Positions 1 to 14,065 of a DNA stretch of 64,000 bases are shown here, one piece after another. The stretch's first letter is position 1; each line of letters begins with the position of its first letter. The notes beneath the pieces are model-generated. The model worked only from the letters and a program-made list of their open reading frames with translations. It did not search any database and had not been told where the DNA came from. The translations under genes were made by a program, and so were the position numbers. This DNA comes from Hypanus sabinus (lineage: Eukaryota): positions 62,001 through 126,000 of the forward strand of contig NW_026779142.1 in the NCBI RefSeq assembly GCF_030144855.1. The letters are read 5' to 3'.

Positions 1-94
1 GAATTCCGGGCATGGCCAGGTAACATGAGTAGACTTGTCCAAGTGTAGTCAGCCTGGATCAAGCCAGTTCCCTGTGCGCTGTAGGGATTGTGTC

Positions 95-1770
95 AGTCTC
101 CCAGCCTCCCGACCGGCCATAACTGCACATGCTGTGTGGAGCTGCAGCTCCCAGTGGACCGCATTAGGGATCTGCGGTTGCTGCTCGATGACCTTGGTCT
201 GGTCAGGGAGAGCGAGGAGGTGACTCCCGAACGGCCATAACTGCACATGCTGTGTGGAGCTGCAGCTCCCAATGGACCGCGTTAGGGATCTGCGGTTGCT
301 GCTCGATGACCTTGGTCTGGTAAGGGAGAGCGAGGAGGTGACTCCCGAACGGCCATAACTGCACATGCTGTGTGGAGCTGCAGCTCCCAATGGACCGCGT
401 TAAGGATCTGCGGTTGCAGCTCGATGACCTTGGTCTGGTAAGGGAGAGCGAGGAGGTGATAGAAAGGAGTTAGAGGCAGTTGGTCACAGCGGCGCCACGG
501 GAGACAGGCAATTGTGTAACAGAAGAGGGAAGGGGAAGAGTCAGGTACTAGAGAGTTCCCTGAACATTAAGTACTCCTGTTAGAGTACAGGTGCGGGGGG
601 GCTGACAGTCTACCTGGGGGAAGCAAGTCTACCTGGCGCAGAGTCCGGCCCTGTGGCTAAGAAGGGTAGGGAAAGGAAGAGAAAGGCGGTAGTGAGAGGG
701 GACTCTGTAGTCGGGAGTTCAGACAGGCGATTCTGTGGACGCAGGAAAGAAGGTCGGATGGCATTTGCCTCCCAGGTGCCCGGATCCGGGATGTTTCTGA
801 TTGTGTCCACGATATCCTGCAGTGGGAGGGAGAGCAGCCGGAGGTCGTGGTACATATTGGTCCCAAAAGGAGAAGAGGTCCTGAAAACAGACTCCAGGGA
901 ATTAGGAAGGAAGTTGAGAAGCAGGGCCGCAAAGGTAGTATTCTCGGCATTACTGCCTGTGCCACGTGATAGTATAGGAATGGAATGAGGTGAAGGTTAA
1001 ATGCGTGGCTGAGGGATTGGAGCAGAGGGCAGTGATTTCTGGATCATTAAGTCTTATTTTGGGGCAGGTGTAACCTGTACAAAAAGGATGGATTGCACTT
1101 GAATCCCAGGGGGGACCAGTATCCTATTTTGGAGATTTGCTAATGCTACTGGGGAGAGTTTAAACTGGATTTGTTGGGGGGGGGGGGTGGGAACTGCGAA
1201 AGAGGCGGTTGGCTCGCAAATAGAGGAAGCTTGGAGACAATGTGTGAGAAAGGATAGGCAGGTGATAGAGAAGGGACACGCTCAGACCGACGGTTTGAGA
1301 TGTGTCTGATTTAACGTAAGGAGTATTGTGAATGAAGCGGTTGAGCTTCGGGCCTGGATCAGACCTTTGATCTATGATGTAGTGGCCATGACAGAGACTT
1401 GGATGGCTCGGTGACAGGAAAGTGCAGGGTTTTAAATGTTTCAGAAAGGGCAGGGAGAGAGGCAAAAGAGGTGGGGCGTGGCACTGTTGATCAGAGATAG
1501 TGTTAAGCTTGCAGAAAAGGTGGACGTCATGGAGTGATTGTCTACGGAGACTGTGGGTGGACGTTAGGAACAGGAAGGGGTCAATAATTGAACTGGGTCT
1601 TTTATTTATAGGCCGCCCAGTAGTAACATTGATATCGAGGAGCAGGTAGGGAAACAGATCGTGGCAGGTTATAAAAATAACAGTTGTCATGGTGGGAGAT
1701 TTTAATTTCACAAATATAAATTGGCATCTCCCTAGAGCAAGTGTTTTAGATGCGGTGGAGTTTGTTCGGT
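95..1770 (+). mobile_element. CR1-clade LINE, degenerate 5' part (ORF1 Cys/zipper region, SGNH esterase domain, start of ORF2 AP endonuclease)
   Basis: Translations give AVVRGDSVVGSSDRRFCGRRKE (CR1 ORF1 esterase, GDS motif) and, with stops and frameshifts, LRCV.FNVRSIVNEAVELRAWI..YDVVAMTETW...MVGDFNF (APE domain). Ends abruptly against Gypsy sequence near 1770. Confidence 0.85.
106..459 (+). repeat. Tandem repeat, 118-bp unit x3, derived from CR1 ORF1
   Basis: ctcccga(a/c)cggccataactgcacatgctgtgtggagctgcagctccca starts at 106, 224 and 342. Confidence 0.95.
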
Positions 1771-3445
1771 GTGGAGTTCTCCGTCGGTACGTTCCGATGA
1801 GACAGGGAAGTTATGGTAGGGTTTGGGAGCGAGGAAAGTTTGCCTGTCGACCTCTGTTTTGAGACTGGCGATGAAGATCTACCGCAGAACACTTATCTGA
1901 AGTATGTGTCCGAGATGCGAAGGGAGCTGAAAAAGGCTGATGAATTAGCTGAGGTCTCGGCTCCCAGGCAGAATCAAAGAAATAACAGGAGGTATGATCA
2001 AAAAGTTAGGTTCTCCTCACGCATGCATGCAGAATGAGTACTCATAAATATCTGGGGCGACCTGGGAAGCATAAGTTGTTTGGCCGCTGGGAGTTGCGCC
2101 CTATGTAATGGAGACTGGGGTGTCAAACGTACCAGTGTTATGCACGATACCAGAGCATGGGAATGGATTCTGAAACGGAACATCTGGGGCAAGAGTTGCC
2201 TCAACTGGACCCTACACTTAGTAAGAGGACTCTGCGGCAACGTGGAGAGATTGAATGTCTCAGAGGATGAGGAAAAGGGGTTGTGGTATCTGCTGCCTTT
2301 CGCCAACTCCCCAAAATGTGAGGAGGAGATTCCTAATCTTTCCCACACTGAGGCAGGTGACCTGGTCGGGGGTGGAGGTTGTGACATTAGCAGTGCTCAG
2401 ACAGGCTTGCAGCTGGACCAGGAAGAGGGTGTGGGCTCCACAGTAACTGGGGATGAAACTGAGCAGGGGGATCCGGTTTGCAGGAAGGCACGAGTGATAG
2501 ACTGGGGGAAGCCTCGTCATGGACACCAGAGGTATCCCTAGGAGTGTATGAAACTGAAGGATTAGTTGATGGAACAAAGGGGTCTCAAAGAATCAGGAGA
2601 CCCCCAGGTAGGCTTGTCTATGTAGCACCAGGGGAACTGAGTGCTACGAATATCCCACGAGGGAGATATGTCACTACCCTTTACAAGTGGACTGGAGTTG
2701 CTGACATCAGGAAATTCTACTGAAAACGGTGTTATTATTCTGAGATGACAAGTTGACAAGATGACAAGTCATGAGGACATGACTATTTTGGTGGGGGGAG
2801 AGTGTAATGCCACGGTTCTTACTTTTACTGTTATGCTGTATGTCTTTCATATTGGCTGTTCTGTAAAAGCAGCTTGTTTTCAGCTTGTTTGGCTTGTGGT
2901 TGAACATAAGAGATGAGGGGACATGTGCGCCATCCGATTCGGATGGTTGAGTTAAGGAGATGGTTCTCTGGTGAGGGACACTAAGGTTGGGCTTGGGTTT
3001 TGTTCTGCGGGGGATGGGGAGAGAAGACGCTGCAGAGAACCGGTCGAAGCATAGGATCCGGTGGGAGAGCCGCTTGTTCGAGATGGGTTGCGAGCGACGT
3101 GCGGAAGCTGGTGTGAGCTTTCAGCTTGACCGAGGACCCAGCGCGTGAGTGACAGAGAAGTTCCAGATGAGCTCCAACTTGTGCACATTTGACTGTTTAA
3201 TTTGGATTGGGCAGTTTCCGTTTGTTACTCTTTACTAACCTTCCAGTTAAGTCGAGATTCATAAGCATAATTCCTTTAATCGTATGCAGCGTGCAGTCTG
3301 TTATTTGTAACCGGATAGCAAATTACACAGCATCCACACAACCCGGGGTCTGAGGTGGGCTCGAGCCGTCTCAATCTCACCGGTTCGGCGGGAATTGAGT
3401 GTGCTCTCCTTAGACTTCCGCAGCCAAGGAAACGGTGGCGTTTCA
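1771..3445 (+). mobile_element. Gypsy-type LTR retrotransposon 3' remnant (post-integrase region, PPT, 3' LTR about 2803-3445)
   Basis: LPVDLCF...YLKYVSEMRRELKKA.ELA....QNQRNNRRYDQKV is typical of the pol C-terminus after integrase. Polypurine tract ggtggggggagag at 2790-2802 is followed directly by TGTAA. The LTR 3' end (tttca near 3445) is approximate. Confidence 0.75.
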
Positions 3446-4254
3446 CCCGTATATCAGTGCATGTGGCCAGACACATGAAGATCAGAACTTAACCGGAACA
3501 GGGAATTAAAGTGGCAGGAACTGAAACGTCGACGATAAGCAGGAGCGGTTCCTCACCCGCCTGTCGTTTGTCCAAACCACAGGCGGCGTGTCTTTAAACG
3601 TTCCATCGAGTACACAGAAATAACAGATGTACCACTCCATTACTGTTTTCTCTGGATGGAGTGAAAAAAAACTGTGTGAACATGGAACATCGATATTTAC
3701 AGCACATTACAGGCCCTTCGGCCCACAGCAGAGAGACCTACTCTAGAGACTGCCAAGAATTTCGCCAGCGCTCAGCCCGCTATTTTGCTCAGCTCCATGT
3801 TCCTGGATCACAGTGGACGGGCCTCATCCAGGACCAGGACTTAATGGTGGCGAGGGCCGAATCGTTCAGAAAATCAGGGAGAAATGTTCCCTTAAAAATG
3901 CTGAAAGTCGTGGAGTGGCAGAGAATATAAAAAGAGTTGTGAAGGTTGGTGGAATCTTGCTGACTAATAGAAGTTGAAGAGCATGAAGACCAGGCCAATA
4001 ACACCTGCTGAATTCGGAAGGGGTGTGGGGAGCACATGCAGAGGAAATAATTGAGATGCAGAAGGAATTTCTTTCCATTGGCAGAGGGACGGAACTTCAG
4101 AGAAACCCGTGTGGAGAAGATTCCAATATTGGAAAAGTACAGCGGTCAAGAATCATACCAGGGTACCGTTCAATAGTCTTATAACAATGGGAGGAAAGCT
4201 GTTCTAAGGGACCAGATATACGTCTGGATAAACATTGACTGATTAAGACAGTTG

Positions 4255-6565
4255 TCCTCTTGCTCTACACATACTTATAGAATGCCTTAGGGTTTTGATT
4301 AACCCCGCCTGCCAAGGCCGTCTCATGGCCCATTCTGGTTCTCCTAATTTCCTTCTTAAGCACGTTCCGGAATGAAAGTTTACGAGATGGATTTATAAAG
4401 CAGATTGAGACTGAGCCCACTACGGCACCAGATATTCTGGGTTGGGGGTTGTGCAAACAACTGTAATTGAACGCTCAGGGGCAAGTGATCATAATATGAT
4501 CAAGTTCACTCAAAAATGTGAGAGGAAAAGCTACAATCAGATGTATCAATATAACAAAGATGTACAGGGAATTGCAGAGGCATGAGGGAGGAATTGCTTG
4601 GGACAAAACACTGGCAGGGATGACGGAAGAACAGAAATGGCTGGATTTTCTGGAAAGAATCCGGAAGAAGAAGAGGTACTGTAAAGGCAACCGCTGCCAA
4701 CGAGAAGGTGAAAACAACAAAAGAATCCAAATAAAGAGATTATAATAGAGCAAATATTAGTGGGGAGTTGGAGGATAGAGAATTTTAAAAACCAAAGAAA
4801 GCAAGTGATAAAGTCGTTGAAAGGAAAAGATGGAATACGAATGTATGCTAACCTATAATATTGCAGAGGATACCACAAGTTTCTTCAGAATCATGAAGTG
4901 TAAAACAGAGGCGAGACTGGGTATCGAAACGCTGGAAGCTATGCTGAAGAGTTCGGAATGGTAGACAAGGTAACGCAGAAAGATGAATAAATAATTTGCA
5001 ACAGACTAGCTGTATGGCTGATGTTAAAGATGCCAAGGGGCAAGAAATGTGTGATATTGCCATTAAAAGGGACAAAGGGAAACTGACAGGATAGAAGGTA
5101 GATAAATCACCTCGTCCAGATGGTGTACACACCAGAGTTCAGAAAGACTTCCCTGAAGCGATTGTGGTAACATTAGTAATGAACTTTCAAGAATCAGGAT
5201 GTCTTGGAGTGTTTCCAGAAGACTGGAAAATTGTAAATGTCACTCCAGTCTTCAAGGAGATGAAGAGGCTGAATTATATGCCTCTTTCGGTCCTGTGCAG
5301 TAGCCCCTCCATACCAGTCAGTGATGCAGCCTGTGAGAATGCTCTCCACGATACAACTTTATAAAAGTTGTTGAGTGTGTTACTTGACAATATAATCAGA
5401 ACAAAAGGATTGCAAGGGAGAGAATTGACCTTCTGGATTATCAGAATGGTAATTTATGCATGAAGACAAAAATGATGCTAGAGATCTTAAATGTTTCTTT
5501 TTGCATTTGTGTTTACGGACACAGAATCTATTGAAGTGACCCACCGCAGAGTAAGGTCATGATCCTATACAGAGTACATAGGAGGAGGTGTTTTCTGACT
5601 GGATAGAAATTAGGTTAGATAAATCTTCAGCGGCTAACAAGTCATTCACTCGGACCGAGAAGGAGGAAATTGCGGAAATTGCAGGGGTTGTAGGAGGTAT
5701 ATGTGAAATGATGCTTAGCATTAGGTAAGTTGCGGAGGCCTGTGACTCCGGAGATCGGTTCTGGGTCTGTTGTTGTTTGTCATCTATATCAATGATCTGT
5801 ATGAGAATGTGGTTAACTGAATTAATAAATTTGCGGATTACAACAAGATTGGGGCATAGTTAACAGTGAGGAAATCTTTCAGAGCTTACAGTGCAATTTG
5901 GACCAGCTGGAAAAATAGGCAGATGGAATGTAATGCAGGCAGGCATGACAAAACAGGATAGATATTACACTGTGAACAGTGGGGCACTGAGGGGTGCGGC
6001 AGAGCTCCACTGTTTATTGAATATAGTATCACAGGTTGGTGGGCTAGTAAATAAAGCTTTTGCACATTGACTGTCATAAATGACTGCATTGAGTCCAGGA
6101 GATGCAATGTAACTCTGCAGTTACACAAGACATTAGATAGGCCGAGTTTGCTGGATTCTGTGTATTTCTGGTCACCTACCTACAGAAAAGATGGAAATGT
6201 GGTTGAATGAACACAGACAAAAATTGCAAGGATATTGCTGGGTCTGGGGAAACTGAGTTATGAGAAGTGACTGAATAGTTTAGGACTTTATTCTTCTCAA
6301 AGCAGATAATTGTGATGAGATTTGAACCAGGTATACAACATTATGAAGGGTATAGATAAGATAAATGCAAGCAAAGTTCATATAACGGTTAAGGGTGCAA
6401 TGTGAAAGGTTTATGCGGAATGTGAGGGCAATATTCTTTACTCAGAGCGTCCTGAGAGTGTGGAACGAGTTGTTGAATGTGAACTCGATTTCAACGTTGA
6501 AGAGAAGTTTGGATGATAGAGGTATGGTGGGCCATTACCCCGGGGAAGGCCGATGGGAGAAAGCT
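4255..6565 (+). mobile_element. Cluster of old CR1 ORF2 fragments (mostly +; short - fragment at about 4255-4370)
   Basis: FPEDWKIVNVTPVFK, VNQNPKAFYKYV, degenerate FVIYINDL..KFADY RT motif, and FFTQSVLRVWNEL 3' motif. Many stops and deletions. Confidence 0.8.
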
Positions 6566-6754
6566 GTTTCAGTGGTTCAGGTTCTGTTTCTGTGAAAGGA
6601 CTGCTGATGGACTCGGCGCAAAACGTCTACTGCACTCTTTTCCATAGATGCTGCGTGGAGAGCTGAGTCACTGCAATAGTGTATTAAGGTTTATATTACT
6701 CTATAACTAATTAATCATAACGAGCTGATTAAATAAAGATCCAAAATAAATATA

Positions 6755-9065
6755 ACCATCCACCCATATAACAATTACAGCACGGAAAAGGCCATCTTGG
6801 CCTTTTGAGTCCGTGCTGAACGCTTACTCTCACCTATTACAACCGATCTGCACACAGTCCATACCCCTCCATCCCTTTCCTGTCCATTTATCTATCCAAT
6901 TTTATTCTAAATGACAATATCGAACCTGCCTCTACCACTTCTACTGGAGGCTCGTTCCACACAGCTTCCCCTCTCTGAGTAAAGAAGTACCCTCTCGTGT
7001 TACCCCTAAACGTTTGCCCCCTAAATCTTAACTCATGTCCTCTTGTTTCAATCTCCCTTATTCTGAATGAAAAAATAGCCTTCCCACGTCAACTCTATCT
7101 ACCCCCTTCATAATTTTAAATACTTCTATCAAGTCCCCCCTCAACCTTCTACGCTCCAAAGAATAAAGCCATAACTTGTTCAACCTTGTTCTGTAACTTA
7201 GGTGCTGAAACCCAGGTAACATTCTCGTATATCATCTCTGTACTCTCTCTATTTTGCTGACATCTTTCCTATAATTCAGTGACCAGAACTGTACACAATA
7301 CTCCAAATTTGGCCTTACTAATTCCATGTACAATTTTAACATTATATCCTAACATCTATACTCAATGCTCTGATTTATAAAGACCGGCATACCAAAGGCT
7401 TTCTTCACCACCGTATCCACATGAGACTTCACCTTCTTGGAACTATGCACCGTTATTCCGAGATCACTCGGTTCTACTGCATTCTTTAATGCACTACCAT
7501 TTACAATGTATGTCCTATTTTGATTATTCCTGCCAAAATGTAGCACCTCGAACTTATCAGCTTTAAACTCCAATTGCCATCTTTCAGTCCACTTGTCTAA
7601 CTGGCCTAAATCTCTCTGCAAACTTTGAAAACCTATTTCACCTGCGCCACCTACCTTAGTATCCTCTCCATACTTACTAATCCAATTTACCACTTCATCA
7701 TCCAGATCAGGAATGTATATAACAAACAACATGGGACCCAGTACAGATCCCTGAGACACATCACTGTTCACAGTCCTCCATCCTGACAAAGAGTTATCCA
7801 CCACTACTCTCTGGCATCTCCCAGCCTGCCACTGTTGAATCTATTTTACTACTACTTCAATATTAATACCTAACGATTGAACCTTCCTAACTAACCTTCC
7901 ATGTGGAACCTTGTCAACGGCCTTACTGTAATCCATATAAACAACATCAACTACTTTACACTCGTCAACTGTCCTAGTAACCTCTTCAAAAAATTCAATA
8001 CTATTTGTCAAACATGATTTTCCACGCACATACCCATGTTGACTGTTCCTAATCAGACAGTGGCTGTCCAGATAATTACATATACCATCTCTAAGAATAT
8101 TTTGCGTTCATTAACCCACCTCTGACGTCGAACTTACAGCCCTATAATTGACGGGTTTACTCTTAGAACCCTTTTAAACAATGGAACAACATGAGCAATA
8201 CGCCAATCCTCTGTTCACCATCCCCGTTTCTGACGACATTTGAAACGTCAGAGCCCCTGCTATTTCTGCACTAACTTCCCTCAAGGTTCCAGGGAATATC
8301 CTGTGAGGACCCGGAGTCTTATCCACTTTTATATTCTTTAAAAACGCCAGAACTTCCTCTTTTTTAATCATCATAGTTTCCATAACTTCCCTACTTGTTT
8401 CCCTTACCTTACACAATTCAATATCCTTCTCCTCAGTGAAGACCGAAGAAAGGAAATTGTTTAAAATCTCCCCCATCTCTTTTGGCTCCACACATAGCTG
8501 TCCACTCTGATTCTCTAAGGGACCAATTTTATCCCTCACTATCCTCTTGCTTTTAATATAACTGTAGAAACCTTTCGGATTTACTTTCACCTTATTTGCC
8601 AAACCAACCTCGTATCTTCTTTTAGCTTTTCCAATTTCTTTCTTAAGATTCTTCTTACATTCTTTATATACCTCGAGCACCTCATGTACTCCATGTTGCC
8701 TGTATTTGTTGCAGATATCTCCCTTTTTCCAAACCGGGTTCCAAAATCCCTTGAAAACCATGGCTGTCTCAAACTTTTAACCATTCCTTTCAACCTAACA
8801 GGAACATAAAGATTCTCTACCCTCACATTTTCACCTTTAAATGACATGATTTCTCTATTACATCTTTCCCATAAAACAAATTGTCCCAATCCACTCCTTC
8901 AAAATCCTTGTGTATCTCATCAAAGTTAACCTTTCTCCAATCAAAAATCTCAACCCTGGTTCCAGTCCTATCCTTCTCCATAATTATATTGAGACTGATG
9001 GCATTGAGATCTCTGGACCCGAAGGCTCCCCAAACACATATCTCAGTCACTTGCCCTATCTCATC
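6755..9065 (-). mobile_element. CR1 LINE (HER1-like), 5'-truncated, disrupted ORF2
   Basis: ORFs 8823-9083, 8174-8761, 7841-8029 and 7349-7804 encode KVNPKGFYSYIKSKR, GKSCLTNSIEFFEEVT, DYSKAVDKVPHGRL and SQGSVLGPMLFVIYI. The 3' UTR and tail near 6755-6900 match the copy at 49111. Confidence 0.92.
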
Positions 9066-10449
9066 AGTTGAAATATTCAACACATTAATTCCCCAGGAAT
9101 ATTCACAACAGTGTAGATATGTTTAAAGTCGTTTCACAGTGCTTTGTCCAATGCCCGACAGTTTCCCTATCGCAGATCTTTCGTAAGCATAACAACACAC
9201 AAGATGCTGGAGGAACTCAGCAGTTTAGGCAGCATCTATGGAACTGAAAAATAAACCGATATTTCGGGCTGAAACACGTAGTGGAATTAGAAAAGGGAAT
9301 GAGGAAGAGGCCCGATCATTGATTTCGAAGATACGGGTTGTTGTTCTGCTTGACTCTTAGCTCAATGTCTGCGTGCAAGCAGATGCTGGTTCGCTTACAT
9401 TTCTCAGAACAGGGCGCGGCCTTTATGCTGAAACCAGATCTTATCAGCAATTCACCCTTATGCGGGTGTGGAAAAAAAAAGTCACATCAAAATTGTATTT
9501 TACTCTTTCTGCTGCAAGGTAATGCCATAGAATCTTTAACATCAATGTAAAAAAAATACCGAGGGTCGTCAACCAGCACCTTTAGCAGTTACAGTTGTTG
9601 CCCCATTTGCTGCGAGTTTAGAGCATTTAATGTTCACCTCAAGCTCGCATCATCTGCTGCTGTTTATTTTTTTTTCATGATGTTTTTAAGTATATACATA
9701 CAATAACGACATTCCACAAAATAAAGACCGTTATCACGTGTCTGGAAGCTGGTTCATTCCCAGACACAGTTACCAGTAAACGTTTAAATAGTGTTGATGT
9801 ATGGGTGAGAGTGAGTGGAAGGGGCACAGTGATGTGGATGTTCAGGGGTGATCAGAGGGAGGGGTAGCCCAGAATGTGGTTGTGGAACTTGGTAAAGCCG
9901 TAGATGTGTTTCACTCTCTGAGGCAGATAGGGTGAGAAAGAAGGTGGGAGGCGAGAGAGAGACAGCTAGGAAGAGAGAAAGAAAGACAGCAGAGAATGAG
10001 AGGATGAGGGTAGGGAGAGTGCGGAGGACAGAGAGTGGAGACAGTGCGAGTTAGAGGAGGAGGTTGTGAGAGAAAGAGACTCGGGGATGGTGAGAAAGGG
10101 AGAGAGCAAGGCGAGTGAGATAGTAGGGAGGGGTGTGGAGTAAAGGGAGAGAGAGGGTGGAGAAAGCGGTAGGGAGAGAGAAATCAAAAGGTGAAGTATG
10201 ATATGATGATGTACTGGTGGTGATATGACTAATATTTAAGTGCAATAATAATTGAAGGACAGGAGGATGAGCTACTGTGGCCATTAGACTTGTTTGCCGG
10301 ACGGCAGGGCTGGCAGCTCAGAATTACCGGGTTCCGTTGTTTGAGATGCAGGAATGTGGGAGGGGTTAAAAGGGGCTTGTGGCGTTCCTATCTCGGGGAA
10401 AATGTCATGAGACTGCTCAGTCAGGGCAGCCTGGAGAATTCTTCCACAT

Positions 10450-12135
10450 AGAACATAGAACAGCATAGCACACGAACAGGAAATGCGGCCCACAATGTAG
10501 TGCCAAAGCAAATCAAAGCACACAAACACTAATCCCTCCTACCTGCACTATGTCCATATCCCCAAACTTCCATACATCCATGTGCCAATCCAACCGTCTC
10601 TTAAAAACCTCTCATGCCTTTGCCTCCATACCAGGCAGCACTTGCTCCGAACACGACTCTCTGAATAAAGAGACTTACCCCTCACATCCCACTTGAATAT
10701 ATCCCTTCTGCCTTCAGCGTCTGCCCTCGAGTATCAGACATTTCAACCTTGGGAAACTGATAACCCCTGTCCAATCCATTAAAGCCTCTGATAATATTTT
10801 AAAACTGTATCAGATCTCTCGTCAACTTTAGTGCTCCAGTGAACTACACATTTATCCAGCTCCTCATGGTAGCTCACATCCTCGAAAGAGCAGCATCCTT
10901 GCAAACGTCCTCTGCACCCCCTCCAAAGCCTCGACTACAGTGGAATGACCAGAAATGTCCCAGTGCTCCAAATCTGGCCTTACTATAATTGGACCTTAAG
11001 ATATAGGAAATAAGTAGGTCATTCGGCCCATCGAGTCTGCTCCCCTATTCAGTCATAGGCTGATCAAACTCTTCTAGTCATCTACATTCCCCTGCCTTCT
11101 TCCCATACCATTTGATGCCCTGGCTAATTAAGAATGTCTGTCTCGGCCTTCAATACCCCAATGACGGCCTCCAGAGCCGCTCGTGGCAACAAATCCGACA
11201 GATTTACCAGCCTCTGACTAATGGAAGTTCTCCACATCTCAGTTTGAAAAGAAAGTCCTTCAACCCTGAAGTCATGCCCTCTTGTCCTGTAATAGAACAT
11301 AGACATTGAATAGTACAGCACAGTACAGGCCCTTTGGCCCACAATGTTGTGCCAACCCTCAAACTCTGCCACCCATATACCACCCCCCCCCACCTTCAAT
11401 TCCTCTATATACCTGTCCAGTAGTCTCTTAAACTTCACTAGTGTATCTGATTCAGGCAGTGCATTTCACACACCAACCACTCTCTGAGTGAAAAACCTTC
11501 CTCTAATATCCCCTTGAACTTCCCTCTCCTCACCTTAAAGCTATGTCCTCTTGTACCGAGCAGTGGTCCCCTGGGGAAGAGGCGCTGGCTGTCCACTCTG
11601 TCTATTCCTCTTAATATCTTGTACACTTCTATTATGTCTCCTCTCATCCTCTTTCTCTCCAAAGAGTAAAGCACACAGAGAAACACGACTTACAGGGACG
11701 CCCTTCGGCCCATCTAGCCCATGCGGAAACCATTTAAGCTGCATTATACCAGCCCGCTGCAGCTGGATCATAGACCCCCGGAAGCCTCCTATCCGTGTAC
11801 CCGTGCAAACATCGCCTAAACGTTGGAATCGAGCTCGCACGGACCAGTCGTGCTCGCAGATCATTCCACACTCTCACGACCTTCTGAGTGAAGGCGTTCC
11901 CCCTCATAATTCCCTTAAACTTCTCACCTTTCACCCTTAACCTTTGATCACTGTTTGCAGTCCCACCCAACCACAGCGGATAAAGCCAGTGAACCTCCAT
12001 CAAATCCCCTCTCAATCTTCTACGTTCATTAGAATCCTGTCCCATTCAATGTTTCCTGAAACCAGAGGCCCCGCAGACCCAGGAGCATCTCTGTGAATGT
12101 TCCCTATGCTCTGTACACCTTTCCCGTAAGTAGGT
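10450..12135 (-). mobile_element. Stack of nested CR1 3'-end fragments
   Basis: Repeated LYSLERKRMRGDIIEVYKILRGIDRVD, TRGH and FTQKVVRVWN motifs, with several distinct 3' tails. Confidence 0.85.
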
Positions 12136-12199
12136 CACATCCGTAAGGGGCCGGGGTCAGGTTCCATGCCCCAAGCGGAGGGCAAGAGCCCGAGAGAGG

Positions 12200-12280
12200 G
12201 CAAAACGGGGCGGGGGAATAGCTGAGAGGGGGGAGGGGCATGTCGGAGGGGTGGGGGAGGGGCCAGATCTTTATAAGCGG
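12200..12280 (+). promoter_or_regulatory. Core promoter of the stefin-like gene (GC box, TATA-like box)
   Basis: GGGGCGGGGG at 12207-12216 and TTTATAAG at 12270-12277, about 80 bp upstream of the ATG at 12356. Confidence 0.65.
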
Positions 12281-12355
12281 CCGTGACAAGTGGCGAGAGA
12301 GAGGGAGAGAGAGAGAGAGTCAGCGAACGAACGAGTGCAACAGAGAGAGAGAGAG

Positions 12356-12418
12356 ATGGCACCAGTCTGGACAAAAGAACAGCCGGCCACGACAGAGGTC
12401 CATAAGGTCGCAGATGAG
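12356..12418 (+). CDS. Stefin/type-1 cystatin-like gene, coding exon 1 (MAPVWTKEQPATTEVHKVADE)
   Basis: ATG in gagATGG context, 21 codons, phase-0 donor GAG|GTTTGT. Aligns with stefin A exon 1 (MIPGGLSEAKPATPEIQEIVDK), sharing PATxE. Confidence 0.85.
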
Positions 12419-12494
12419 GTTTGTTCCAAACTCTTCCAGAACCAGGAGCACAGTCCTCCCCACTCCCACACCCCTTAAACTGCCCTCCTCGGGG

Positions 12495-13975
12495 GGATAG
12501 AAGAGAGAGGCGGGGTCAGAAATTAAATAAAATATATATTTATATTTATATCTCCAGGCGAGATAGGAGAAGGAGGGCAGAGGAATTTTCGAGCACGGAG
12601 AGGGAGAGAGAAGGAAAGAGCGGGAGGTAGAGAAGTAGAGGTACGGAATAGACAGTGGAAGTCCATTTGGAGCAGGGAGAGGAGAGGATTGAGTGTAGGA
12701 CGGGGTGAATAATGGCGACAGTAACAGGGCGGAGGCTGGATGAAGGGGAAGATTGCGGAAAAATTGTGAGGGGGCGATATATGGGAGAGGAAAGGGGAGG
12801 GAGGTAGAGGGAGACGGAAGAAAGGGGGATGGGAAAGGGAGGGGGACGAGAGAGGGAAGGAAGGAGGAGGAGAAGGGGGAGAGTGAGTGTTTGGATTAGA
12901 GGGCGGGAGGAAAATTGGAGAACGAAACGGAATGCGGGGGGCAGTTAGGAGAAAGGGAGGTGGAAGGAGGAGGAGCCAGGAGTGGAAAGAGGGAGAAATA
13001 GCAAGAGTGGGGGAATAGCGGGGTAATTGAAGATCGAACAGAGTGGGGGAGAGAGAGGGGGGAGGTAGAGAGAGAGGGAGAGAGAGACGGGGAGAGGGAG
13101 GGGATAGATCAGGGGAAGTGGGGAGAGGTGGGAGGGTGGAGAAAGAGTAGCGGAAGTGGGGACATGCGGGAGAGAGACAGCGATACGGGGAGAAAGAGCA
13201 GGGAAAACAGAGAAACGTGAGAGGCAGAGAGCCAGGGAGCCAGGCGAGATAGGGGAGGGAGGGCAGAGGAATTTTCGAGCACGGAGAGGGAGAGGGAAGG
13301 AAAGAGCGAGAAGTAGAGTGCGCGAGCGAGAGAGAGAAAGTGAGAGGGAGAGAAAGAAGGCAGAGACACGGATAAAAGGTGAGAGTTCCAGCAGGGGAAT
13401 TGGAGAGATTGTAGACTGATACAGACGGGAGAGGGAGAAGAGCGAGAGCGAGACGGGAAAAGTGTGAGAACGAGCAGGGAATGTGGAATGAGGGAGCAGA
13501 GAGTGAGGCGAAGGACAGGGCAGGAGAAGGGGAGAAAGATCAGTGACGGAGCGACAGAGATGTAGAAAAGCCTGGCCAGGGTAAAGATTATAGAGGCACA
13601 CAGAAAGAGGGGGAAAGAGCAAGGCTGGGCGAGAGAGCGGTAGGAGAGAGAGACGTTGAGGGGGGTGAGAGAGCAGGGGAGGCGGAGAGGGGGGAAGAGG
13701 GAGACGGTGAGGGGGTGAGTGACCAGCGGAATCGAAGAGAGAGGGAAAAGGGAAACGGTGAGGGGGGTGAGAGAGCAGGGAATGTGGAGAGAGAAGAAAG
13801 AGAGAGACGGTGAAGGGTGAAAGAGCAGGGGAGGCGGAGAGGGGGGAAGAGGGAGATGATAAAATGATAGATCAGAGAGAGACGAGGAAGAGTGGGGCGT
13901 AAGGGTACGAGGTGGGGAAAGGCGAGAGACGGAACGAGGTAAAGCGGTGAAATGGAGGGAGGTGAAGTAAAAAAT
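12495..13975 (+). repeat. GA-rich low-complexity polypurine tract (intron 1 of the stefin-like gene)
   Basis: About 1.5 kb that is mostly A/G on +, with imperfect internal repeats. Confidence 0.9.
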
Positions 13976-14065
13976 AAATGGTACCGCCACCCGCTTCCGG
14001 ACACCCTTCCTCGTCCCGCTCTGTCCTCCCCGGGAGATACAGAAGTTTGTGTTGTTCCTGTCCAG

